A stretch of 58,716 nucleotides of DNA, from positions 1-58,716 of the forward strand of contig JASFYY010000015.1 in the NCBI GenBank assembly GCA_045046875.1, read 5' to 3'. Under the pieces are notes generated by a model. That model saw nothing but the letters and a program-made list of their open reading frames with translations. It did not search any database and was not told the DNA's origin. Each line of letters starts with the position of its first letter. Within the stretch, counting starts at the first letter, position 1. The translations under genes were made by a program, and so were the position numbers. Positions 1 through 8,569 of the stretch are shown piece by piece. This DNA comes from Verrucomicrobiota bacterium (GTDB taxonomy: Bacteria; Verrucomicrobiota; Verrucomicrobiia; Verrucomicrobiales; DEV007).

Positions 1-53
1 TATGGTGATTTAGTGACAAAAAAAACGGTGCGCTGGAAGGCTCCGAGAGAATT

Positions 54-130
54 GGCAAGGATTTCAGCGATGGATATCATGTGGGTGGGCTCTGCTGATG
101 ACGTTCAGAGGTAAAAGTCAGGGGTAATAA
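54..130. repeat. Dispersed repeat copy 1 (28-bp identical core GGCAAGGATTTCAGCGATGGATATCATG)
   Basis: 54-81 is identical to 6901-6928. Weaker similarity continues (GAGGTAAAAGTCAGGGGTAATAAA vs GAGGTGATAATCAGGGGAAATAAA). Confidence 0.85.
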
Positions 131-184
131 ACATCCTCTGAAAGTGTCGATGGTATTGAATAGATGGGCTATACGCGTATGGGA

Positions 185-452
185 GTCAGTCCTTGAAAGC
201 GAAGATATTACTATACAGGGAAAAAAATCGGGGGAGGTGGTGTCCTCTGATTTTGAGAATTATCAAATTCAATTATTGACCCCTTTTACAAATGTTCGCA
301 TTGCCTGGATTGCACAACGATTGCACAACGATTGCAAATGGGGCGTCCTTCCAGCGTGGCAGTAGGAATTAGGAAAACCACGGAGGGTGTTAGGAGAAAG
401 CATAAGAAAATGAGCAGGGAGATTAATGAAACCTTTGGTTTCAAGGACTGAC
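185..452. mobile_element. 268-bp non-coding element with 20-bp imperfect terminal inverted repeats (MITE/REP-like)
   Basis: GTCAGTCCTTGAAAGCGAAG (185-204) vs reverse complement of 433-452 GTCAGTCCTTGAAACCAAAG, 18/20 match. No target duplication seen. Confidence 0.6.
308..336 (+). repeat. 11-bp tandem repeat (GATTGCACAAC x2.6)
   Basis: GATTGCACAAC at 308-318 and 319-329, then partial GATTGCA at 330-336. Confidence 0.85.
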
Positions 453-660
453 CGCAGAGTTCCTCAACAATTTTAGAGACTTTGCGGGTAGACACTCCTT
501 GGACGTACATTTCCGCCATGGCAAGGTTTAGAGCTTGTTCACTACGGATACCTTTTTCCAAAGCGCTGGGATAGAAATCGACGCCTCCGCGAACTTGCGG
601 GATATCGAACTCAATATTTCCCATGCGGGTGGCAACGCTTTTGCTTTTACACCCCCCATC
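453..660 (-). pseudogene. IS256-family (mutator-type) transposase fragment
   Basis: TRMGNIEFDIPQVRGG..FYPSALEKGIRSEQALNLAMAEMYVQGVSTRKVSKIVEELCG matches the N-terminal IS256 motif. Truncated at both ends. Confidence 0.85.
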
Positions 661-990
661 CCGTTGTCAAGCGGTTGGAATCGCAGTTCATCGTGGATTA
701 AACAAAGAGCAAAGGAAAAAACTGGCTGATGTTGCACTTACATACATACATGAAGCAGAAGGCGAGATTGCATCTGTTGTAATGGTATTTGACGTCGATC
801 TACCTGATGCCCCGGATCATGCACTTTATTACCTTGCCGCTGATAATTGGGGTATCGTATCTAAGTGAGGATAAAATTCAATCCTGTCAGCTAAAACCCA
901 CTTTAGGTTTGCTACTGACCCCCTCCAACCCCAGCTTGGTAGCGAAAGGACAAGGGGGGTGAAAAAGCAATTACCTAGGAGTTACTTATC

Positions 991-1785
991 CTATTTGATC
1001 AAAGGCAAATCCTCGCCATTCACTTTTGCGGACACCTCTTCAATTTTTCCAGGCATCCAGCATGGCAAGTCTTGTAAAGAAATCGATTCCCCAGGTTTTT
1101 TCCCCGCCATTTGGTGAGCAGAATACACCAATATTTTCAGTTGATCCTTTGGTCGATTCAATTGTTGGTATAATTCGGCTAGTTCAAGTTGTAGACTGAT
1201 ATTATCAGGTCTTGTTCGAGCTAAAACCTCTACCGATTCCACTATCGCCTTTGGCCCCTCGGTCTCGAGTAGAAACTGTCTGGACAGGTGCGCTACCATG
1301 TCCACAGTCGCGGGCTCTACCTTTACTGACACCCGGCAGCTGAGCACCTTGATCCGGCGAATCTGAGGGTGATCGACCTCCGGTACCAGAAACTGCACTC
1401 GATAATCACCTGGTGCGAGAGAGCCTTCAATTTTCCAAATCGCGGTTGTTTCTTTGGACGCAGCCAGCAAATCTGACCACGGTTTCACCAATTTTAATTT
1501 TGTAGGCGTCGCACTCCCCTCAGAAGTGACCAAGATCGGAATGACATCTCTAAACAATGCAAGATTCAAATCACCTTCGCTTAAGGAATTACGAATTCGG
1601 GCTTCGATCCATAAGGGGGCACCACTTCCGATTTCCAGATAGGCCTGTCCACAAGTTGACAGAGTAATCGCAATCACCGCACTCGCGCTATGGGATTTTG
1701 TTTCCTGCTCTTTTTTTTCTTTGGGACCGCATGCAATCAAAAACAGAAGCAGTGAAAAAAACAATGTAGCTAGGGTTAATTTCAT
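991..1785 (-). CDS. Hypothetical lipoprotein with a C-terminal TPR-like helical segment
   Basis: 264-aa ORF. Signal peptide with lipobox LIA-C; PDNISLQLELAELYQQL resembles a TPR. Confidence 0.75.
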   Translation of the reverse strand: MKLTLATLFFSLLLFLIACGPKEKKEQETKSHSASAVIAITLSTCGQAYLEIGSGAPLWIEARIRNSLSEGDLNLALFRDVIPILVTSEGSATPTKLKLVKPWSDLLAASKETTAIWKIEGSLAPGDYRVQFLVPEVDHPQIRRIKVLSCRVSVKVEPATVDMVAHLSRQFLLETEGPKAIVESVEVLARTRPDNISLQLELAELYQQLNRPKDQLKILVYSAHQMAGKKPGESISLQDLPCWMPGKIEEVSAKVNGEDLPLIK

Positions 1786-1791
1786 TTTATC

Positions 1792-4248
1792 TCAATAACT
1801 TTTGACATTTAATCGGTGCAGACAGCGTCCATACAGAGCATCCCCACTCCAAGTATTTGCCGTATTGATGCCTGTTCCCTCTCGACTGCGGCAAAACTCA
1901 AATCGAAAACCGGAGATCCCATTATTGTCTGGCAAATCCTGAAGCAGAGATGAATTGAAAATACCGGGAACCACCTGCAATTTGCTTGATGCAAATTTCG
2001 TGGCTGCACGATATTGCATCACACACTGACTATTACCACTGTGTTGACCGTGAGGAGTCGCAATGTAAACTTTGCTACCGATCAACGGGTCCAAAATTCC
2101 GAAATCTGTATCGCCATGGTGCCTTATCGATAATTTGTGCCCAATTTCGTGAGCAATCGTATTTTGGGCGCCATTCTCATCAAAATTATCGATAATCACC
2201 GTATTGTCTTGATCACGCGGAGGGCCAATTGAGGAAGCTTTGCCTGCAATTCTGGCCCAATCCACTGAGTCACCTAACATGATTTTCAAACTATTTGCAT
2301 TTGTCTCCATCATCACAATAGTGAATTGCAAACCCTGGCGGTGCTCAGTTTTTTGCCAATTCACCATTTCGTGATACATCTCGTCTCGGTACAGCACCCA
2401 AAGCTGAATCCCCATTTCAGCAAATTGCTTTTTTACTGCGTCAAGTGCATTGCTCATTCGGCCGGAATAATCATGTACAAAAATATCGATTAAATTCGGA
2501 TCAAGGCGCTCAAACAAACCTTTTGAGTATATTCCTCGGTACTCCTCAAAATTGCAAAGACCATCGCCTTCTCTCTCTGGTAGCGGGATGGCGTCGTTGT
2601 CGGCAGCTGGATCATGACCATTATGACTCCAGGCATCAGCTATCCCGTTATTGTCTTTGTCGAGGGGAATCTGTAGATGCTCCTTGTTTTCGTTAGCTGT
2701 TTTTCCAATCGCAGTGATAGGAAACCAATTCCCCGCGATTTTCACCTCCGCTTTCAATTTCCCGGAAGCCGCCCCGTCTTTGACCATAAGCTGCACGTGG
2801 TATTCATCTTTTTCTACCTTTTCCAACAACAAGGTTTGCCCAATATCGTATTTGAGTTCACCGGTAACTTTGTCTTCGTCCAACTTCCAGGCGTCAGCTT
2901 TGTTGCCAGCATCCTCACGGAAATAAAGATCGGGCAACGAATCAAGAGGACACTTGGAATAGTGGTCATAACCACGAGAAATAGGAACACTATCCTCATG
3001 TTGAGAGGAAGGAAAACGAGTCAGCACCGTGATTGGCTCGATAGCGAAGGACTTGCAATCACGACATTGTTCGTTCATGGCGAGAATGTGATTCCCAGCA
3101 TTCGTGGCGATGCCGGGATGTTGAGACGTCTCAACCAGCTTTACCCGAATGGCCTCAACGCTCTCATGACCAGGTTTGTTGAGCTTGATGCGGTAGAGGC
3201 GCTGATCCAATTCGGGTTTTGGCATCCAGGTAGCTTCATTTTTATCATACGGTTCAATCGTAGCGGCAATCTCTTGTTTGGCCCCAATCTGGAACTTGCA
3301 AGAGACCAACATTTCAGTCTCGGGCGTGCTGCAATGGGCATTTTTGTCGCTGCCCGTAGGAAGAATTTTTTCAAAATAATCGCTGAAGCTGAGATTCTCC
3401 AAACCAAAGTCTTCGGGCAATTTCACTTCCTCATTGACGATAAAATCAAAAGAAGAGTAAGATCTGGCAGGTTTGCCTGACGGAGATCCACCCACGGAAA
3501 TTCGACTCATATCAGCGGGAAGCTTACTGGTGTTGAGGTGAAACGCCCAAGCAAGGCTGGCCAGGCCTGTTGTCGTCTCGGTGAGGGAGCAATCACGAAA
3601 ATATTGGGCGGTGGTACGTCCTCCCTTTTCAGTCTTGGGAGCCTGATGCCCCTGCCATTGAGCCAACCCATTCTGGAACGCCGTGCTGAGAAGCTGGATT
3701 TCCAGTTTTAAGCCGCCCCCGATGGCTCGATGATCGATCACATGGATGCTCACGGGAGAGTAGGACGGCTGGTTGGGCCCAACTGAAGTCCTAGTATTCT
3801 CAGGCCACTGATCCTGTTCTGGAAGAGGCAAATGTTGATTGTAGGAGAGGTCATGCCAAGTTACCGAAGTGCTGGTGCTTTTGGGATTACTGGATTCTTT
3901 GACACGCTTGAGCCGTCCATTATAGCTAAGCGTTGTATTGATAGGATAAATATACCAATGATCCGCAATGAGATCCGACGGCGACGGTTTTTCCTTCATC
4001 TTTGCCTGTAAGATCGAAGACAACACCGGATTGCGCCAGACGTAGAAACCTGAAAAACGAAGCTTTAGAGAAAAGTTAGCGGACGTCTTTTTGCCCGTGC
4101 CTCTAAAAACGATTTCACCCCCATGATCCTCCATTCGCACCATTTTTTGGCGCAGGTTATCGTCCTTGGCTTCTGAGGGCACGAAAACCATAGCAAGCGC
4201 AAAGACCAATACAAAGCTCAACCAAATGGTAGCGTGGGCTTGTTTCAT
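1792..4248 (-). CDS. Secreted putative zinc metalloprotease (metzincin-like) with Asp-rich Ca-binding motifs
   Basis: 818 aa with signal peptide. HEIGHKLSIRH fits HExxHxxxxxH; possible Met-turn CVMQY; DKDNNGIAD and GDGLCNFEEYRG motifs. Confidence 0.7.
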   Translation of the reverse strand: MKQAHATIWLSFVLVFALAMVFVPSEAKDDNLRQKMVRMEDHGGEIVFRGTGKKTSANFSLKLRFSGFYVWRNPVLSSILQAKMKEKPSPSDLIADHWYIYPINTTLSYNGRLKRVKESSNPKSTSTSVTWHDLSYNQHLPLPEQDQWPENTRTSVGPNQPSYSPVSIHVIDHRAIGGGLKLEIQLLSTAFQNGLAQWQGHQAPKTEKGGRTTAQYFRDCSLTETTTGLASLAWAFHLNTSKLPADMSRISVGGSPSGKPARSYSSFDFIVNEEVKLPEDFGLENLSFSDYFEKILPTGSDKNAHCSTPETEMLVSCKFQIGAKQEIAATIEPYDKNEATWMPKPELDQRLYRIKLNKPGHESVEAIRVKLVETSQHPGIATNAGNHILAMNEQCRDCKSFAIEPITVLTRFPSSQHEDSVPISRGYDHYSKCPLDSLPDLYFREDAGNKADAWKLDEDKVTGELKYDIGQTLLLEKVEKDEYHVQLMVKDGAASGKLKAEVKIAGNWFPITAIGKTANENKEHLQIPLDKDNNGIADAWSHNGHDPAADNDAIPLPEREGDGLCNFEEYRGIYSKGLFERLDPNLIDIFVHDYSGRMSNALDAVKKQFAEMGIQLWVLYRDEMYHEMVNWQKTEHRQGLQFTIVMMETNANSLKIMLGDSVDWARIAGKASSIGPPRDQDNTVIIDNFDENGAQNTIAHEIGHKLSIRHHGDTDFGILDPLIGSKVYIATPHGQHSGNSQCVMQYRAATKFASSKLQVVPGIFNSSLLQDLPDNNGISGFRFEFCRSREGTGINTANTWSGDALYGRCLHRLNVKSY

Positions 4249-4280
4249 CGCATTTTCTGCTAAACTAATGAAAAATACTG

Positions 4281-5795
4281 TTACAGGCCTGAATCAAATT
4301 CCAGACTCTCTCCCACTTTAATTTCCAATTCGGGAGCAATCGTCAAAGGTTCCGCCATACCTTTAATCGTAGCGTTAAGCTTGTATTTTCCTGGTGGCAC
4401 AATGTAGAAATAATAGAGCGGGTCTTTACTTCCAAATCGCGGGCGCCCTTGGAGCACTGCTTTGATCCTAATTTTGGATTCATCTTCATCACTATTTGCG
4501 GCAATTCCAGAGTCAATTGGAATAAGGTCGTAAGCTTCAAGAGCCGTATTTTTCGGTTTGGTGAAAGAGAAGGCACTGCTCAACGTGATAGTGGTCTCTT
4601 TTCCAGCTTCAACCACTACGTTACGAGCTACTGTTGTGGGGTCCGGGCTCCAGGAATAATGAAACATAACATCATAGATTCCTGGAAGCACAGCTTTGGG
4701 CACTAAGTTATACGCTCCGTTGCCGGCATTATTCACAGTTACCACTGTTTCACCCGATCCAGCTTCCACAATAAGAACCGATTTGGCATAAGACGCTCCA
4801 GATTTGCTCAATTCTTTCGGAACATTGAAGGCGATCGACCCCAGATTCAGCTCCTTGGTCTGGCCCATCTCCAATTCTACCTGACCCAATTTAGTCACTG
4901 TGGATGCGCCATAATTTGGTGTCGCAAAAAGGTACTCCACTGTATATTTTCCCGGAGGAAGCGGGTGATTCGACAGTGCTGGCTGCTGCCCGGCTTCTTT
5001 GAGTGGTGAACCATCGGCTTTCACTATTCGAAACCCTGCCATACCTTTCACGGCCGTCTCCGGCTGTTTAAGAATGATTTTCGGCAAACCTGTTGCGGCA
5101 GTTTTCTTTTGTGTTTTGGCTTCCTCGAGCTTTACTTTCACCTCTTCCTGAACGGTTTTCAAAGCGCCTAACAATTGAGCTTTGTCGCCTGCGTCAAAGT
5201 ATTTCCCGCCACCTGCCTTGGCCATGCAGTCCAACTGTTCCTTTGCTTTCGAGTCAACGCCCAAACCTACCACATGCAGCACAAACTTAATCCCGGTTTG
5301 TTTCAACTTTCGCACCACATCACAAGGATCAGTAGCACAAGTTTCGATACCATCACTCACCAGAACAATCGTGGTCTCGATTTCTTTGGTCTTTAATAAT
5401 TCCGCCGCTGCGACAACTGCATCAGATATGGGAGTTTTCCCTTTCGGGACAATGTCTTGTACCTGCTTAAGCAGAGCCGTGCGGTCATTGCTACCCGGAG
5501 GAATAAGCACTTCGATATCGGAGCAATCTCCTTTACGTCTATGCCCATAGGCCATCAGGCCAATTTTTACAGAGGGGTCTAGTGAAGGAACCAACTCCGC
5601 CATGACTTCTTTGGCAACATCAATTTTTACTTTACCCCCCACCTTCCCCCACATACTGCCTGAGCCATCAAGAATGAAAAAAATCTCCGGATAAGATTGA
5701 GCCTGTGAAATATTTGCAGAAAAAATGGAAGCCAGGAATATAGCGATGGTGGTCAGGCTCCTTAAGACTTGTTGCTTGTCCGAGTTGAGTGTCAT
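4281..5795 (-). CDS. Secreted von Willebrand factor A (vWA) domain protein with C-terminal beta-sandwich repeats
   Basis: Signal peptide; MIDAS DGSGS plus GKTPI and LVSDG; three repeats carrying PG(K/I)Y motifs. Confidence 0.85.
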   Translation of the reverse strand: MTLNSDKQQVLRSLTTIAIFLASIFSANISQAQSYPEIFFILDGSGSMWGKVGGKVKIDVAKEVMAELVPSLDPSVKIGLMAYGHRRKGDCSDIEVLIPPGSNDRTALLKQVQDIVPKGKTPISDAVVAAAELLKTKEIETTIVLVSDGIETCATDPCDVVRKLKQTGIKFVLHVVGLGVDSKAKEQLDCMAKAGGGKYFDAGDKAQLLGALKTVQEEVKVKLEEAKTQKKTAATGLPKIILKQPETAVKGMAGFRIVKADGSPLKEAGQQPALSNHPLPPGKYTVEYLFATPNYGASTVTKLGQVELEMGQTKELNLGSIAFNVPKELSKSGASYAKSVLIVEAGSGETVVTVNNAGNGAYNLVPKAVLPGIYDVMFHYSWSPDPTTVARNVVVEAGKETTITLSSAFSFTKPKNTALEAYDLIPIDSGIAANSDEDESKIRIKAVLQGRPRFGSKDPLYYFYIVPPGKYKLNATIKGMAEPLTIAPELEIKVGESLEFDSGL

Positions 5796-5919
5796 TTATT
5801 GTTTTGTTTGAGTTGAATATCGATTTTGAAAAAATCGGTAACAGATGATTAATAATCAAACCACTGTAACTTGACAAGGTTGCATTAAAAATTCTCAACT
5901 TATTTCTAATACCAGTAGA

Positions 5920-6820
5920 GGTGGTTTTAATATCATCAAAGAAAAGCTCTACTCTCCAGCGTTCTAAATACACATCTGCCAGCTCTTCAGTGGTGATGAG
6001 CTGTGCATCTAGATGTGAAGTCACCAAAATAACCTCACGCGGTCGAAAACCTTTTTCAATAATAGTGTATTTGATCTCACACAGCAAAATTTTCCGAGGC
6101 ATTGACTTGAACTCCTCAAGACTCATCCAGAGAGGGTGTTGCTGAGGGCGTAGCCATGTAATAAGGTGATCATTTCTTCCCAGACGCTTGCCTGTTCGAA
6201 AATCGCTCTTGCGCGCTTGATGATTGCGCATAACAAAATTCACGCCTCTTCTCATAAGTTCACTCGCAGTGGCATAAGAACAGAAGCCACGGTCAGTAAG
6301 AACAGTGTCACCTGGAAGAAAGTGATTGAAAAGCATGCGCCACAATAACGCATTCATGAATGCGCCACGTCCCTCTGGCAGCAGCAATCCAAGCACCTGA
6401 ATGTAGTCAAATAGACCGACCAATTTCATGATAGGGAATCCTAGGCCAGGCTTCTGAGAGCGCTGCTGTGGATATTTTTTGATTTTCAGGAGTGTCAGGC
6501 ATGCTAACGCTCGTGCCGTCAACGACTAGGAGTTGTCCCATCCCCTTATACTTAGATGTATCGGGCTGACGTTTGACAAGTCTGTGCGCTAACTCGTCAG
6601 CCACCTGCTTAAATAAACGAACACTTATCCGCACGCACCTCACAATAGGCGCCTGTGGCGGAGGAGACCACTCTCCCGTCCGCTTTCAACACAAAGGGCT
6701 TGCACGCCGTGTGGCAGCCTTGCGACAACTGCTGTCAGGATCTATAACTTGCCATAGAAAACTGCAAAAAGTAACTAAGGGAGTGTAAGGGGTTACGTCG
6801 CTGTCGGGATGCACTTCTTA
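5920..6820 (-). pseudogene. IS4-family DDE transposase, frameshifted and truncated
   Basis: Pieces in several frames: TFCSFLWQVIDPDSSCRKA, VVDGTSVSMPDTPENQ, TDRGFCSY, DFRTGKRLGRNDHLITW, YLERWRVELFFDDIKT. Confidence 0.85.
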
Positions 6821-6900
6821 GGGGTCAGAGAATTCTACCTTCACCAATTCTTTTCCCCGAATAATAGGGTTCTTTGTTTTCAAGGACCCCTCTGCACGTG

Positions 6901-6986
6901 GGCAAGGATTTCAGCGATGGATATCATGAGGGGGGATCCGTAGAGCTTTGGTTTGAGGTGATAATCAGGGGAAATAAAAGAGGTCA
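6901..6986. repeat. Dispersed repeat copy 2 (28-bp core identical to 54-81)
   Basis: Direct sequence comparison. Confidence 0.85.
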
Positions 6987-6994
6987 TACCGATC

Positions 6995-8443
6995 TCAATA
7001 ATAGCTGCAGGAAGTACCGTTTTTTTTGTAACATTTTACAAACCATTCCAGCACGGAATCATCAGGGTTTATTTCCCCCAGCCGAGCCAGATAATCATCG
7101 TAGAAGCGGTAATCGGGCATTTTTGATCCGAAGAAAATAGCCATCCTTAAATAACGCTCATTGTAGGGATCCAATTCCAAGCCTTTATGAATGGTCGAGA
7201 GAGCATCCTTGATCCAATAATTTTCGAAAAATAGTATCTCAGCTAATTTGAAATAGTTTTCTGCAGCATCGGGATGTGCCTTAATATTTGCCTCTAATTT
7301 TTCGATGTGTTTTTTCAGGCTTCGATCGAGGGGGAAGGGGGCTGGTCTGCCGCGATCAAGTCCCTGAAGAATAACTGCTTCGGGGTAATTAACGGCCCAG
7401 CTCCAAGGGGAGCGATCCAAAAAGGCCTGTATGTAATATCGCCCCCCCTTACTGTGGAACCCATCGGCATAAGCCCAGTTTTTGGTTTCATCCACGTACC
7501 ACAGTCCTTCTTTGTCTTTTCTTAGGTGTATGGGTCTACAATGGATTTTATCAAAACGAGCAAAAGCATAATTGCCCTGTGAAACCACCTTGTAAGGCAT
7601 GGATTTTTCATAAGAGCGGTATCTGTTCTTTTGGGCGTTAGCGGAACGTTTGTATTCCATGAGCATATACCTAGAGCCTTCGGTTAACAGTCCGACGTGA
7701 GGGCTGGCTATTCCGTTTTCAAGCATCTCTAAAAACTTTTCCACTGCCATTTCTGGAGTTTTGGTCGCTTGGTATTTAGAGAGCTCATCCTTATGTTTGT
7801 AGGTAGCTTCTAGGTTGGTTTCAATTCGATTAATAAGGTATCCATTCCCCGTGATGCCACCTCCTCCGGAAAGATACTCGCCAGCCGCTTGCGGGCTTTG
7901 GTAGGCCGACATTTTATAGTCAGGCTCTAGGGCGCGTTGAGCCATTTCCATAACCAGATGACTGATGACGTCTCCGAGTTGATCCTTTTCAAAATAGTTT
8001 TTGATGGTTTGCTGATAAGAGGCGATAAACGCATCGGGAAATAAGCCTTCCAATTCGTAACTGGTTTCGATTTTAAGTAGCCCGTTTTTGCGCTCGAGCA
8101 CATAGAGAATGCCCCGGCCATTGTGCTCTCTCCCGATGTCCCATGCTTTGAATATATCAGTGGCGTAATTCTGAATATTTTTGTTTTCAGGAAGCTCCTC
8201 AAGAAGCACGATAGCAATTTCAGCATCAATTAAATCTCCACCTCTGCGGGTTTCAAATTTGGCAATTTTGTCCAAATATTCTAAATCAGTTGTGTTCACA
8301 TAAGCTTCTTTTGAGGGCTTGATTGGCAGGCCATCAATAAATTTAACCCTGCCCTGTGAATGGTTTGTATTGAATTTAAGCACAGTGAATGTGGTGATTG
8401 CCACAATTGCAGCTAGTAAAAAAATTCTAAGATTTAATTTCAT
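6995..8443 (-). CDS. TPM (DUF477) domain protein with C-terminal TPR
   Basis: N-terminal signal/anchor; IQNYATDIFKAWDIG...RGILYVL...KIETSYELEGLFPD is the TPM signature; HPDAAENYFKLAEIL...GLELDP is TPR-like. Confidence 0.8.
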   Translation of the reverse strand: MKLNLRIFLLAAIVAITTFTVLKFNTNHSQGRVKFIDGLPIKPSKEAYVNTTDLEYLDKIAKFETRRGGDLIDAEIAIVLLEELPENKNIQNYATDIFKAWDIGREHNGRGILYVLERKNGLLKIETSYELEGLFPDAFIASYQQTIKNYFEKDQLGDVISHLVMEMAQRALEPDYKMSAYQSPQAAGEYLSGGGGITGNGYLINRIETNLEATYKHKDELSKYQATKTPEMAVEKFLEMLENGIASPHVGLLTEGSRYMLMEYKRSANAQKNRYRSYEKSMPYKVVSQGNYAFARFDKIHCRPIHLRKDKEGLWYVDETKNWAYADGFHSKGGRYYIQAFLDRSPWSWAVNYPEAVILQGLDRGRPAPFPLDRSLKKHIEKLEANIKAHPDAAENYFKLAEILFFENYWIKDALSTIHKGLELDPYNERYLRMAIFFGSKMPDYRFYDDYLARLGEINPDDSVLEWFVKCYKKNGTSCSYY

Positions 8444-8569
8444 GCTATTACTCAGTTGATTATATTTGTCGGTGATTAATAGAATCCCGCTAATTGCAGT
8501 AACACTTAGTAAAATCGCGGAATTTTTTGCGTGCTTTGTCGCTTTGGTATCGCTTAGGATATCAGTCTG

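Noticed and set aside
308..336. Possible CRISPR array
   Set aside because: Only 11-bp contiguous units, with no spacers and no cas genes.
286..624. 112-aa ORF as a complete gene
   Set aside because: IS256 similarity ends at about 453; the rest reads through the inverted-repeat element.
2677..3480. 267-aa plus-strand ORF
   Set aside because: Antisense shadow of the protease gene with no recognisable motifs.
5668..6522. 284-aa ORF as an intact transposase
   Set aside because: Both ends are out-of-frame or read-through sequence. The first catalytic Asp lies in another frame and the tail overlaps the vWA gene.
870..8500. Integron cassette array
   Set aside because: No intI and no convincing attC (RYYYAAC…GTTRRRY) structures between the genes; gaps in the operon are 6-32 nt.
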